From the sequence record NC_028927.1: a DNA stretch of 64,000 nt. The stretch is one strand, 5' to 3'. Source of the stretch: Escherichia phage slur02. The position numbers and the translations under genes were made by a program. Positions 10,381-19,972 of the stretch are shown piece by piece (within the stretch, counting starts at the first letter, position 1; every line of letters starts with the position of its first letter). The notes under the pieces were generated by a model. That model was not told the origin of the DNA. It did no database searches and worked only from the letters and a program-made list of their open reading frames with translations.

Positions 10381-11582
10381 TATTTTGTAATAATGTCAAA
10401 CTGTTCTTTAAAGCAGAAGCTTGAATCTTGATGCTGATACAAAAATTCATACGCTTTTTCTCGCTCACGGTCATAAAGAGCTCGGTCAGATGACAGTTCT
10501 TTAATACGTTCAAACGTTGATTCCATATCATTTTCATCAAACCAAACGATACCGCTATCATGCGAGGTCAAAGGAGTATTATCAACACGGAATTTTAAAT
10601 TTTCGCCAGTAGATTTCCAAAATACCGGAATTGTTCCACATGCACCAAGCTCGAGGTGAGTATATTCTAAAGAGCGCTGTAAATATTTTTTGTCCAACTT
10701 ACTCAACTGATAACCAAATCCGGATTTACTCATACGTTCAAGCATTTCGCTATTTACATAACGGTCAAGAATTTGCGTTGGCAAATTAGGAGCAATTTTA
10801 ATTTGGTCTACTTGATGAAGACGATAATACTCGTATGGAATTCCTTTTTCTTTAATAGGAATGAACGCTGGAGAACGTTCCAGACCTTCCATAATAGTAC
10901 TTAGTCCTGCAGGTTTAAGATGTTTTTCGTGAAAATCAAACATCTGATAAAAACCTTTCCATGTAGTCGTACGACCAATCCAGCGGTTGATATTCATATT
11001 AATTTCAGAAACATCTTTCCAGTAGGTTGACCGAACCTTCGCAATATCCATAGGAGGCTGAAAGTTATATACTGTCGGCGCTTCTTCAATATCATCAAAC
11101 AAAGAAACTGTTTCAGGATACCATTCTTTCATCAGAACTTTATTAAAATCACCATTATCAGAATGGCTAAAAATAACATCAGCTCGACGAACAGTTTCTT
11201 CTAATCCCAAATTTCGACGCAAAGAAAGAGAAGAATGGTCATGCTGATAAACTACAACACGAACAGAAGGTTTAATGTTATCAATAATTTTTTTATAGTT
11301 ATTAATAGTGTCTTCTTCAACCGAAGTAGCAGGAACTGAATTGATAATTAGAATATCACAATCATTTACCAGCTTAAGTGTTTTATCGTATTCTTTTGAC
11401 AATAAAACCGGAATTGAAAATGATTTATAATCATGTGCACAGTTACGAGTAAATGATTTATCTTTAGCATAAACCAAAGTTACTTCATGACCATTTTTAA
11501 TAAACCAATCACGTTGCTCAAGAGAAAATTTAGTTACACCACAACCTTCAAGACCTCGAGCCATAAAAATACATACTTTCAT
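10380..11582 (-). CDS. agt: DNA alpha-glucosyltransferase
   Basis: 400 aa; T4 agt size and position after gene 47. Confidence 0.88.
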   Translation of the reverse strand: MKVCIFMARGLEGCGVTKFSLEQRDWFIKNGHEVTLVYAKDKSFTRNCAHDYKSFSIPVLLSKEYDKTLKLVNDCDILIINSVPATSVEEDTINNYKKIIDNIKPSVRVVVYQHDHSSLSLRRNLGLEETVRRADVIFSHSDNGDFNKVLMKEWYPETVSLFDDIEEAPTVYNFQPPMDIAKVRSTYWKDVSEINMNINRWIGRTTTWKGFYQMFDFHEKHLKPAGLSTIMEGLERSPAFIPIKEKGIPYEYYRLHQVDQIKIAPNLPTQILDRYVNSEMLERMSKSGFGYQLSKLDKKYLQRSLEYTHLELGACGTIPVFWKSTGENLKFRVDNTPLTSHDSGIVWFDENDMESTFERIKELSSDRALYDREREKAYEFLYQHQDSSFCFKEQFDIITK

Positions 11583-11635
11583 TTAATATCCTCTTTGTTT
11601 TGGTTTATTTTACCAAAATTTTATAAAGCAATATA

Positions 11636-11649
11636 GGAGCCGAAGCTCC
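11636..11649 (-). other. UUCG-tetraloop RNA hairpin upstream of agt
   Basis: minus strand GGAGC-UUCG-GCUCC. Confidence 0.5.
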
Positions 11650-11825
11650 TATCCACATAATACGCCATACAGAGGCTCATTAGAACTTTTAAATTTTATG
11701 CGCTTATATTTTATAGTTCCTTCTGCTTTAGCTTTATCATGAGACTCTTTAAAGAGTCTCATCATTTCCTCTTTAGAGGAACGAATTTTATTATAATCTA
11801 TTTCAGAAGTCTGGGTGTTCATCTT

Positions 11826-12032
11826 TCATAACTGCCACCATTTTTTGACTTGATAAGAATCAACCCACACTTTCATATTAGGGTCTGCTCTTACAATAGG
11901 AGGATTAACTTCTTTAATTGAACTATCATGGTATTCTTTTTCAGAAATTTTCACACAAAGATGACCATTCAAAGATTCAGTAAATCCTGCATTAATTTTA
12001 AGACGCTTGAATTTTACGTGTGTAAGCATCAA
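11826..12032 (-). CDS. hypothetical protein
   Basis: 68-aa ORF; overlaps next ORF by 35 nt. Confidence 0.35.
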   Translation of the reverse strand: MMLTHVKFKRLKINAGFTESLNGHLCVKISEKEYHDSSIKEVNPPIVRADPNMKVWVDSYQVKKWWQL

Positions 12033-12315
12033 TCATATCCTCAATTTGCGATCTAGTAGTCTTCCAAAGAATACTGATGAGTTCATCGTTATATGGCTGT
12101 TTTAGAATATCCCGACTTTTCTTGATAGCATATTCGTATTGAGCAAAATTATTGTTTTCAGCTGCAATCTGAGCGTGCTTATAAAGACGATTCAGTTCGC
12201 GTTTGTTTTTAGACAATAACTTATTTGCTTTTCTTTCTGCTTCAAGACGGTTCTTTTCTTCAATAGAAGAAATAAGCTTTTCCACTTCATCATTAATTTC
12301 GGGTTTATCAGTCAT
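11998..12315 (-). CDS. hypothetical coiled-coil protein (47.1-like)
   Basis: 105-aa ORF, charged helical. Confidence 0.45.
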   Translation of the reverse strand: MTDKPEINDEVEKLISSIEEKNRLEAERKANKLLSKNKRELNRLYKHAQIAAENNNFAQYEYAIKKSRDILKQPYNDELISILWKTTRSQIEDMIDAYTRKIQAS

Positions 12316-12316
12316 A

Positions 12317-12535
12317 TTATTTCTCTAATATAAAATAAAAATCATCATCTGTTAAATGATACCTGTAATTTAATTCTACACCATTAGATTTAAAAGCGGT
12401 ATCATACGGATTTTCTGGATCAATATCAATGTCAAGAGCTAAAACTTCCCTGAGATACATTTTAAGTAAATAGGGAATAGCTTCAACTTCAGGTATTTCT
12501 TCCAAGAATCCGGAGAGGTTAATCGTTAGCCTCAT
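12317..12535 (-). CDS. hypothetical protein
   Basis: 72-aa ORF immediately downstream of gene 55. Confidence 0.4.
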
Positions 12536-13076
12536 ATAAAAAATCCAAACTAGGAGAATCGTCTACAACACTTTTCTTTTCAGCCCCCGGTGTTCTATAG
12601 GTTGATTCTTCGTAATGCGTCATTTTATCGTAGATGTCTTGAATAAAAGTTTCATCTACTAACGCAACCATATCGTCGTCACGGCTGTCATAGACATTGT
12701 GAACGAAGTAACTATATTTCTTTGCAACTTCCTTACGTTCTTTTTTAATACGTTGGACGAATGCATTAAAACAAGCTTGAGTTATATATGCATGTGGGTT
12801 TTTATATTTCGTTTCATCAAAATTATGAAGCCCCTTAATAGAAGCTTCTATACCATCTGCAATCATTTCTTGTTTCCAAGACTGGGTGTATCCTGAAAAG
12901 TTGAAACGTTTAGATAAGCCTTCTGCAATAAGCATAATGGCTAATCCGATAGTATCATTCTGACGAACTACTTTATTTGGGTCTTTATTATTTGCTAATT
13001 CTGTTTTCCAATCAATAATAGCTTGTAAAAGCTCTTTATTGTTTACGTAATTATATTTAGGCTTAGTTTCTGACAT
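12519..13076 (-). CDS. 55: late-transcription sigma factor gp55
   Basis: 185 aa from [13 protein letters not shown]; T4 gp55 as recalled. Confidence 0.9.
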
Positions 13077-13099
13077 TTTCACCTCTTAGCTCAATTCAT

Positions 13100-13145
13100 A
13101 GATCTATTATATCATAATATTTGAAGATCTATCTTAAAGCATAGA
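13100..13145 (-). promoter_or_regulatory. putative middle promoter upstream of gene 55
   Basis: TGCTTTA MotA-box-like followed by AT-rich -10 candidates; spacing ambiguous (15 vs 12 bp). Confidence 0.3.
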
Positions 13146-13154
13146 GGATATCAG

Positions 13155-13424
13155 TTATCTAAGTAAACAGTATGCTTGGAATACTTTTTCCATCATCTTT
13201 TTAAATTCATGAATATCTATATAATGACTAGTTAGATCAGCATGATATAAAAAGTCTAAAAACTTTTCATGTGTGCTAACATATTCGCTTTCATTTAATT
13301 CAGAAACATGGCTTTCCCAATATCCAACACCAGTCTTATTTGGGAAAAATGAAATTTTCATGCATTGATCAACATAGAAAATGCCATAATTTTCAATAGT
13401 AATAGAAATATTAATAAATTTCAT
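13155..13424 (-). CDS. hypothetical protein
   Basis: 89-aa ORF. Confidence 0.4.
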   Translation of the reverse strand: MKFINISITIENYGIFYVDQCMKISFFPNKTGVGYWESHVSELNESEYVSTHEKFLDFLYHADLTSHYIDIHEFKKMMEKVFQAYCLLR

Positions 13425-13636
13425 ACATTCATCAGCTTAGCCGCTCCAAGAGCTGCATCTAGTGAATCAAATTGGTCAACATATTCAATCAATTCGCCGT
13501 AATTGGCATATAACCACCATTGGCTAAATTCATACTCAAGGATGAATCCATTTCCTTCAATTTGAGTTAAACCAATGTCATTTGTATTTACTTCATACCC
13601 AGCGAGACGTAAATCGTTAATAAGAGCTTCGTTCAT
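13421..13636 (-). CDS. hypothetical protein
   Basis: 71-aa ORF, translationally coupled. Confidence 0.4.
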   Translation of the reverse strand: MNEALINDLRLAGYEVNTNDIGLTQIEGNGFILEYEFSQWWLYANYGELIEYVDQFDSLDAALGAAKLMNV

Positions 13637-13638
13637 AA

Positions 13639-13965
13639 TTATACCTTAGTAATTTTCAGGTCTGCAAATTTTTTCTTGCGTTGATTTTTCATGCGACGAA
13701 TAGTTTTATCGGAAATTTCATGCTTTTGATAAGCTTTAGATTCTACACCAAAAGCTTTAACATCAAATTCTGACAAGATATATTGAACCAACAATTCACG
13801 GATAGTATTACGTCCAATCTTCTGATCATTCTGTTTCATCGTCTGATGAAGCTCTTTTTCCCATTTATCCAAAATTTGAGGAGTTACAATATCGCCTTTT
13901 TCTAGCAAAGAAACTACTTTATCATATGCGTAAGAATTGATGGCGTTTTTAATTTGAATAGTCAT
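13639..13965 (-). CDS. hypothetical basic protein
   Basis: 108-aa ORF, Lys/Arg-rich C-terminus. Confidence 0.45.
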   Translation of the reverse strand: MTIQIKNAINSYAYDKVVSLLEKGDIVTPQILDKWEKELHQTMKQNDQKIGRNTIRELLVQYILSEFDVKAFGVESKAYQKHEISDKTIRRMKNQRKKKFADLKITKV

Positions 13966-14003
13966 ACATTATCCTCAATTACGTTAAAATTTTATTATCC
14001 AAA

Positions 14004-14019
14004 AAGGGCCGAAGCCCTT
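14004..14019 (-). terminator. UUCG-tetraloop hairpin with U-tract (terminator-like)
   Basis: minus strand AAGGGC-UUCG-GCCCUU then UUUUGG. Confidence 0.5.
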
Positions 14020-14218
14020 AGCTAAACTTTTTGGCACCCTTCCAGCCTTCATACATCATTGCGGCTGATATTAATATTGCTCCTGAGCAACTTGAATATT
14101 TGTGATTCCAAAACCAGTTTAGAAAAACTTCGTCATCAATACCTTGGGCTATCATATTTTCAAAGAACTGACGACGAGCTTCGGCAATTCGCTGCGATAA
14201 TTTAGATTCAGGATTCAT
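14018..14218 (-). CDS. hypothetical protein
   Basis: 66-aa ORF. Confidence 0.4.
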   Translation of the reverse strand: MNPESKLSQRIAEARRQFFENMIAQGIDDEVFLNWFWNHKYSSCSGAILISAAMMYEGWKGAKKFS

Positions 14219-14434
14219 TTAAATTTTCCAATTACCATTTTCATCAATAAATTTAATCCAGTCATTTACTGACCACTTAGTTGTATCACCTTTTGGAGTA
14301 ACATTTAAAGTGTATAACCCCTGCTTAAAAAGCATTCGTTTGATATTCATATTTTCCTCAGCTGTAACGATAACACTCGTTTGATTTACGTTTAGCAACT
14401 CGTTGAGAAGTATTATAATCAAAATCATCGTCAA
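14219..14434 (-). CDS. hypothetical protein
   Basis: 71-aa ORF. Confidence 0.4.
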   Translation of the reverse strand: MTMILIIILLNELLNVNQTSVIVTAEENMNIKRMLFKQGLYTLNVTPKGDTTKWSVNDWIKFIDENGNWKI

Positions 14435-14651
14435 TGTAAACTGATTTTTTCAACTTTCTTACTTCACCGCGTAATTGACGATTTAGCTCATCTTTAACTT
14501 CTGAATCAATACCTTTCATTCTACGCCATTTATCTGAGCGAAAAATGTTTTCAACCATATCTTTATGACTTACACCATCAGGAGCTTTACGCTTTCCGAA
14601 ATAGTCATAATCACGTACTTTTAAATCTTTACGACGATACGTTTTACCCAT
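14358..14651 (-). CDS. hypothetical highly basic protein
   Basis: ORF 14358-14696; likely start ATG 14649-14651 (MGKTYRRKDLK...) overlapping the upstream stop. Confidence 0.45.
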   Translation of the reverse strand: MGKTYRRKDLKVRDYDYFGKRKAPDGVSHKDMVENIFRSDKWRRMKGIDSEVKDELNRQLRGEVRKLKKSVYIDDDFDYNTSQRVAKRKSNECYRYS

Positions 14652-14820
14652 GGAGTTTAATTTCCTTAGCAACTGAACTAAATACAGCACGATCACAAAC
14701 CATGCGTTTGTTCCATTTAATCACAGTATAATGAACATCTAGATCATCGACTGCTGTAACAATAACGATATGTCCGTTAACACGATAGTACTGGTCAATT
14801 TTAATCTCTTTATCAACCAT
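14644..14820 (-). CDS. small hypothetical protein (58 aa)
   Basis: ATG with GAGGAA RBS directly downstream of an early promoter; below track cutoff. Confidence 0.35.
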   Translation of the reverse strand: MVDKEIKIDQYYRVNGHIVIVTAVDDLDVHYTVIKWNKRMVCDRAVFSSVAKEIKLHG

Positions 14821-14847
14821 ATCAATTCCTCAAAGGTAATTCATATG

Positions 14848-14884
14848 TTAATAATACCACGGTTTGAACCTGTTGTAAACAACT
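14848..14884 (-). promoter_or_regulatory. T4-type early promoter
   Basis: GTTTAC (14875-14880), spacer, GTGGTATTATT -10. Confidence 0.55.
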
Positions 14885-14961
14885 TTGTGAAAAATATTTT
14901 AGGGAATGATAAGAAAGGAACGATAGCTTAGAATGGTAATATACAGAATGTGAGAAAGAAA

Positions 14962-14975
14962 GGCCCAGAGGGCCC
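14962..14975 (-). terminator. hairpin with U-rich tail after nrdH
   Basis: minus strand GGGCC-CUCU-GGGCC then UUUCUUUCUC. Confidence 0.45.
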
Positions 14976-14978
14976 GTC

Positions 14979-15431
14979 TTAATCTTCTATGATATCTCTA
15001 TCATATCCAAGTGAAATGAGAGTTTCTTTGAAGTGTTTAATGTTCTTTTGTCTAGAATCATTAATGAAAATGACTGGATAACGAATGTTAAGAGATGTGA
15101 ATCCAGCGCGTTTAGCAAGAGATACAATCAGTGGACGATCATACTCAATCTTACCGTTATTTGTAAGAACTTTATAGAAAGTAAAAGGAGCATTGAGCTC
15201 CTTTAGAAGTTTTGTAACTGATTGACATCCAGGACAACGACCTACTTCATCTGGAATTCCATAGACTTCAATCTTATTCTTTAAGTTCGAGTTTTGTTCC
15301 ACGAGAAATAATTCCTTGGTAAGCCCAATAAGGAGGATTAACAGAATCCTCACCAGAGTTTTCTTCAGGAAAATAAACCTGGATAACAAATCCAGACGCA
15401 TCAAAGGTAAAATAAACCGTAGGTAGTTCAC
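14979..15431 (-). CDS. nrdH: glutaredoxin-like NrdH (true N-terminus uncertain; probably only the last ~95 codons)
   Basis: CPGC redox motif in KIEVYGIPDEVGRCPGCQ; adjacent to nrdG/nrdD; track ORF overlaps upstream ORF, no canonical in-frame start found after 15274. Confidence 0.55.
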   Translation of the reverse strand: MNYLRFILPLMRLDLLSRFIFLKKTLVRILLILLIGLTKELFLVEQNSNLKNKIEVYGIPDEVGRCPGCQSVTKLLKELNAPFTFYKVLTNNGKIEYDRPLIVSLAKRAGFTSLNIRYPVIFINDSRQKNIKHFKETLISLGYDRDIIED

Positions 15432-15585
15432 CTAACAATTCGGCACGAGTATTAATTTCTTCGAGATCTCGTTCACGTCCAGCCCAAAAACTAGGATTTA
15501 GACTACATTCGTAAAAATAATAGTCATTACCGAACATATCAAAACCCTTCCAACTCTCTACCACATACCGCTCAAAACTAATCAT
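15274..15585 (-). CDS. hypothetical protein
   Basis: 103-aa ORF. Confidence 0.45.
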   Translation of the reverse strand: MISFERYVVESWKGFDMFGNDYYFYECSLNPSFWAGRERDLEEINTRAELLGELPTVYFTFDASGFVIQVYFPEENSGEDSVNPPYWAYQGIISRGTKLELKE

Positions 15586-15587
15586 AA

Positions 15588-15803
15588 TTAAGCCTTTTTA
15601 TCAAGAACAGAATTCAGCTTGTTAGTAATTTTATCCAGACGCTCATTAAACTCACTAGAAGATAAGCCCTTTTCTGGAGAAATTAAACTAATAACGAAAA
15701 ATATAGCAATAAAAGGAATAAGGAAAATAGCTCCAACTGCCATAAACAGAAAGAATGTTACAGTTGTAAGAAAATCAGCTAAACCTTTACGAAATTTATA
15801 CAT
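15588..15803 (-). CDS. small membrane protein
   Basis: 71 aa with a long hydrophobic segment. Confidence 0.45.
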   Translation of the reverse strand: MYKFRKGLADFLTTVTFFLFMAVGAIFLIPFIAIFFVISLISPEKGLSSSEFNERLDKITNKLNSVLDKKA

Positions 15804-15918
15804 ATTTTACCCTTAATTAATTAACAAAGCATTGATAAGTACTAAACTATATTGGGAATAAAATTCTGGACCAAAATGAAAAATCATATCATTTATAGTA
15901 TCCATAATGCAATTCAAT

Positions 15919-16389
15919 TTAATCATGTTTCCACACCCCATCGGTATTTGACCAAAGTCGCTGATTATCTGATCCTCGCCACAGCTTTTTAGTCGGAAGA
16001 TTTTTCTCATACTTCCCATCAATAATAACATCAACATATTTAAGCATTTCTAGTTGTTTAATATCTTCAAACTTATATCCTGTCCACAACCAAATGCTTT
16101 TATTGGGATAAAGATTTTTTACTGTTTGAACCACAGAGTGAATCACATCTCTGTTATCAGGATAAAGAGGGTCACCCCCAGTTATAGTTAATCCTTCTAT
16201 ATAATCATTATTCAAACATTCAATTAATTGTTCTAGTGTTTCACCAGTGAATGGAACACCATTTCTAGCATTCCATGTTGATTTATTATAACACCCTTCG
16301 CATTTATGCAAACAACCCGTAACGAAAAGAACGACCCTGCAACCAGGGCCATTCACAAAATCGCAAGGATAAAATCTATCATAATTCAT
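15919..16389 (-). CDS. nrdG: anaerobic ribonucleotide reductase activase NrdG
   Basis: 156 aa; radical-SAM CxxxCxxC (CLHKCEGC); overlaps nrdD stop. Confidence 0.9.
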   Translation of the reverse strand: MNYDRFYPCDFVNGPGCRVVLFVTGCLHKCEGCYNKSTWNARNGVPFTGETLEQLIECLNNDYIEGLTITGGDPLYPDNRDVIHSVVQTVKNLYPNKSIWLWTGYKFEDIKQLEMLKYVDVIIDGKYEKNLPTKKLWRGSDNQRLWSNTDGVWKHD

Positions 16390-18203
16390 TGGTGTTTAAC
16401 CCTATGCATGATTTCTTTATTTTTACCGAGATTAAATCCGCGTTCGTTCGGATTTCCCAAATAACCACATGTTCTTCTTATTGTGTTCATCTTTTTAGGA
16501 TCAGTTTCTCCACAGATAGAACAAACAAATCCGTTTTCAGTAGGAGTCATTTCATGGGTACTTCCGCATGTAAAACATTTATCTACTGGCATATTAACAC
16601 CAAAATAATCTAAATGTTGTGCAGCATAATCCCAGACGGCCTCAAGCCCCTTTAAATTGTTTTTCATATCAGGAAGTTCAACATAAGAAATGTGACCACC
16701 TGTCGCAATGAAATGATATGGCGCTTCACGAGAAATCTTTTCAAACGGAGTAATATTTTCTTCTACTGAAACATGGAAACTGTTAGTGTACCAGCCTTTA
16801 TCGGTAACATCCTTTACATTTCCGTATTTTTCTGTATCGAGTTTACAGAAGCGATAACAAAGGTTTTCAGCAGGAGTAGAATATAAACTAAAAGCAAATC
16901 CGGTTCTTTCAGTCCACTGTTTAAGATGAGCATTCATTTTAGTTAAAATTTCTCGTCCAATATCACGACCGACAAGAATATTCAATTCGTGAATACCAAT
17001 GTATCCTAAAGACACTGAACTTCTACCGTTTTTAAATAACTCAATTATGTCGTCATCAGGTTTAAGACGAACCCCGAATGCACCTTCTTGGTAAAGAATA
17101 GGAGCAACAGTTGCTTTAACTCCTTTTAAGGAACTAATTCTACACATCAAAGCTTCAAAACATAAATCCATTCGTTCATTGAACAATTCGATAAATTTCT
17201 GTTCATTGAACTGTGTTCCAATATAAGAATCTAATGCGATACGAGGAAGATTCAGTGTTACAACACCGAGATTATTACGTCCATCAAGAATTTCATTGCC
17301 AGTCGAATCTTTCCATACGCCCAAGAAACTACGGCAACCCATTGGAGAAACAGGAACAGATGAACCAGTGATAGCTTTATTATTCTTAGCTGAAATAATA
17401 TCAGGATACATCCTTTTGCTTGCGCACTCTAGAGCAAGTTGCTTAATGTCGTAATTCGGATCGTCTTTATAAAGATTAACGCCTTCTTCAACGAACATAA
17501 CAAGCTTAGGGAAAATAGGAGTTATTCCATCACGACCAAGACCTTTAATACGATTTTTCAGAATTGCTTTCTGAATCATTCGTTCAGTCCAGTCAGTTCC
17601 CGTACCAAATGTAATTGTTACAAAAGGAGTTTGTCCGTTTGAACTAAAGAGAGTATTTACTTCATATTCATAAGCTTGGAATGCATCGTATACGTCTTTT
17701 TCTGTTTTAGATTGAGCATAATTCAGTGCATCGGCGATTTGCCATTTTTCTGCATCCTCAATATGTTTTGCATAGGTGCGTTTAACATAAGGAGAAAGTA
17801 CTTTATCTACATTCGCAAAAGTCGTTCCGCCGTATTGGTGAGAAGCAACCTGTGCAGTAATTTGTGCCATAATTGCAGTAGCAACTCCAATTGATTTAGG
17901 AGTTTCAATCTGTGCATTACCAAGCTTAAATCCGTTCTCAAGCATTCCTTTTAAATCTACTAAACAGCAATTAGTAAATGGAAGAGCAGGGGAATAATCA
18001 ATATCATGGAAATGAATAATTCCGCTTTCATGCGCTTTCATAATAAAAGACGGGACCATATTTTTGGCAATGTGTTTAGACACAATACCAGCCATAAGGT
18101 CCCGTTGAGTTGGAAAAACACGAGAATCTTTATTAGCATTCTCGTTTAAAAGGTCTTTATTAGTTTTATGAATCAATCCTTCAATTTCTTTTTCAATTGT
18201 CAT
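16386..18203 (-). CDS. nrdD: anaerobic ribonucleotide reductase NrdD, uninterrupted
   Basis: 605 aa contiguous; glycyl-radical motif RTCGYLG near C-terminus; C-terminal Cys cluster. Confidence 0.95.
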   Translation of the reverse strand: MTIEKEIEGLIHKTNKDLLNENANKDSRVFPTQRDLMAGIVSKHIAKNMVPSFIMKAHESGIIHFHDIDYSPALPFTNCCLVDLKGMLENGFKLGNAQIETPKSIGVATAIMAQITAQVASHQYGGTTFANVDKVLSPYVKRTYAKHIEDAEKWQIADALNYAQSKTEKDVYDAFQAYEYEVNTLFSSNGQTPFVTITFGTGTDWTERMIQKAILKNRIKGLGRDGITPIFPKLVMFVEEGVNLYKDDPNYDIKQLALECASKRMYPDIISAKNNKAITGSSVPVSPMGCRSFLGVWKDSTGNEILDGRNNLGVVTLNLPRIALDSYIGTQFNEQKFIELFNERMDLCFEALMCRISSLKGVKATVAPILYQEGAFGVRLKPDDDIIELFKNGRSSVSLGYIGIHELNILVGRDIGREILTKMNAHLKQWTERTGFAFSLYSTPAENLCYRFCKLDTEKYGNVKDVTDKGWYTNSFHVSVEENITPFEKISREAPYHFIATGGHISYVELPDMKNNLKGLEAVWDYAAQHLDYFGVNMPVDKCFTCGSTHEMTPTENGFVCSICGETDPKKMNTIRRTCGYLGNPNERGFNLGKNKEIMHRVKHQ

Positions 18204-18673
18204 TTTAAACTCTTTCTAAGCTGCTTCTTAAATGAAGCTATTAACTGTGTTTTAGTGTCAGATTCATTATATTCAAATCCTCTTTGAAGCATCTCGGCCA
18301 TCATTTCCTCTTTTCCTAAACGAGAAAATTCCTTTGATTTATCTCCAACAAAGTTAGGGTGAATATTATTTTGGGTGTAATCGGATTTTAAATAAGTAAG
18401 TAAATTTTCTAACCATTCAAGATAATCAACACCCTGTCCCTTTAAGCCAGAACGATTAAATTTATGCTTCATTTGACCTTCTGCGGCATTGCAGAGATTA
18501 CAAAGCAATCCACGTACTTTTCCTGCTTTTGGTCCATTTAATTCATGGTCATGGTCAAGGTGATTAGCTTGAACATCAGGATTTAGTTCTCGTTGGCAAA
18601 TTAAGCATTTACCATTTTGTGCATCATAAAATTTCTGTTTTTCTTCTTTATATAATTTGCCAGTCAATAACAT
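18200..18673 (-). CDS. 49: endonuclease VII (Holliday junction resolvase) gp49
   Basis: 157 aa; matches T4 endo VII as recalled (MLLTGKLYKEEKQKFYDAQNGKCLICQ...). Confidence 0.95.
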   Translation of the reverse strand: MLLTGKLYKEEKQKFYDAQNGKCLICQRELNPDVQANHLDHDHELNGPKAGKVRGLLCNLCNAAEGQMKHKFNRSGLKGQGVDYLEWLENLLTYLKSDYTQNNIHPNFVGDKSKEFSRLGKEEMMAEMLQRGFEYNESDTKTQLIASFKKQLRKSLK

Positions 18674-18714
18674 AATAAACCCTTACCTTAAATAGATAAG
18701 GGTATTTATTATTT

Positions 18715-19200
18715 TCAAGTATTGTAAAACATTTGATTCAATCGCTTATATTGCCGAATCTTTTGGTCAGAAAAAGAAATTTGGGTTTCAAGCCATTCAA
18801 TATATTCTGCCGCAGCTTGCATTAAATTTCCTTCATAGCCATCGTTATTTTCTTGTGCAGCTAATTTAGCTAATGCGTATGAAATACGTTCACCTTGAAA
18901 ATCGGCTTTAGACTTCTGAACAGCTTGATTAGTTCGCTCTACAACTTCTTCAATTTCGCCATTTTCGACTGATTCAGTATTCCACAAGCACCAATACGTA
19001 ATTGGCTTATCATAGATGTTAATAATCTTTCCATCAGAAAGTTCAATTTCAATAATTCCAGTATCAGGTTCTATATCATCTTCACATTCTTTTGCAAGTT
19101 CACGAACTTTAAAGACAGTACCTGCACTAAGTTCCGGCCAGTAATTACATAGCCCTGTATCAGCACGATTAATTCTAAACCACTTATCTACTGTAATCAT
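18715..19200 (-). CDS. pin: Pin-like protein (inhibitor of host Lon protease)
   Basis: positional ortholog downstream of 49; ~161 aa from internal Met. Confidence 0.6.
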   Translation of the reverse strand: MITVDKWFRINRADTGLCNYWPELSAGTVFKVRELAKECEDDIEPDTGIIEIELSDGKIINIYDKPITYWCLWNTESVENGEIEEVVERTNQAVQKSKADFQGERISYALAKLAAQENNDGYEGNLMQAAAEYIEWLETQISFSDQKIRQYKRLNQMFYNT

Positions 19201-19322
19201 GTCCCATCTCCATATCAATTAAGTCATTTATCGTTGGTTCATTATACACCGTTTCTTCATCAGTGTAAACCGGTTCTTCCGGCTCTGGCTCTACAGTTTC
19301 CCATCTAGCCGCCCACCAAGGT

Positions 19323-19532
19323 TTAACCCCGAAGCTTATTAAGTTCTTCATAATCAATCCAGGATTCTAATCCTGATGGCAAATCAGATTCAATTTCCCA
19401 AAGAAGTTCTTCAATTTTCTGAAGACGATCTAGTTCTTCGGCTGGAATAGTAACCATTGACGGAGCTCGTGATACACTAATATCGTAAATCATATTTACC
19501 CCAGTTTGACCATGCAATCGCCGTATTTCCAC
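19323..19532 (-). CDS. hypothetical protein (49.x)
   Basis: 69-aa ORF. Confidence 0.4.
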   Translation of the reverse strand: MEIRRLHGQTGVNMIYDISVSRAPSMVTIPAEELDRLQKIEELLWEIESDLPSGLESWIDYEELNKLRG

Positions 19533-19711
19533 TTAGAAATAGACTTTTCACCGTTAGAATAATAAACTTCGAGTTTAGCACGATTATTTTTAATTTGAAT
19601 AACCTTGGCTGTCATCAAAGTTCCATACCCATAGTAAACTGCAACTTCATCACCTACATATACCGCGCTTCCGCGGTAATCGTGAATATAGTCAGTTCCT
19701 TCGAGCATCAT
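19496..19711 (-). CDS. hypothetical protein (49.x)
   Basis: 71-aa ORF. Confidence 0.4.
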   Translation of the reverse strand: MMLEGTDYIHDYRGSAVYVGDEVAVYYGYGTLMTAKVIQIKNNRAKLEVYYSNGEKSISKWKYGDCMVKLG

Positions 19712-19971
19712 TTAAAATATTCTCGCAGTTGGTCAAATCCACCAATATGACTTCCATCAGGAGCAAATACCTGAGGCATTGTCAAGCCGATTTGAGTATC
19801 ACGACCTAGTTTCGTTAGAAGCTCAGCGATTTTCTCATCATCAAAAACACCTTTTTCCGGCATAATGTTGATAAATTCAAACGGCTGTTTCTTCACGGTC
19901 AAAAGACGTTTTGCATTATCGCAATACACACATTTGTGGATGTTGCTATCATAACCATATACTTTAAACAT
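19708..19971 (-). CDS. nrdC: thioredoxin/glutaredoxin NrdC
   Basis: 87 aa; CVYC active site; matches T4 NrdC as recalled. Confidence 0.92.
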   Translation of the reverse strand: MFKVYGYDSNIHKCVYCDNAKRLLTVKKQPFEFINIMPEKGVFDDEKIAELLTKLGRDTQIGLTMPQVFAPDGSHIGGFDQLREYFK

Positions 19972-19972
19972 A

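Noticed and set aside
11826-12315. ORFs 11826-12032 and 11998-12315 as one frameshifted pseudogene
   Set aside because: The 35-nt overlap is compatible with ordinary T4-style translational coupling; cannot decide without a reference alignment
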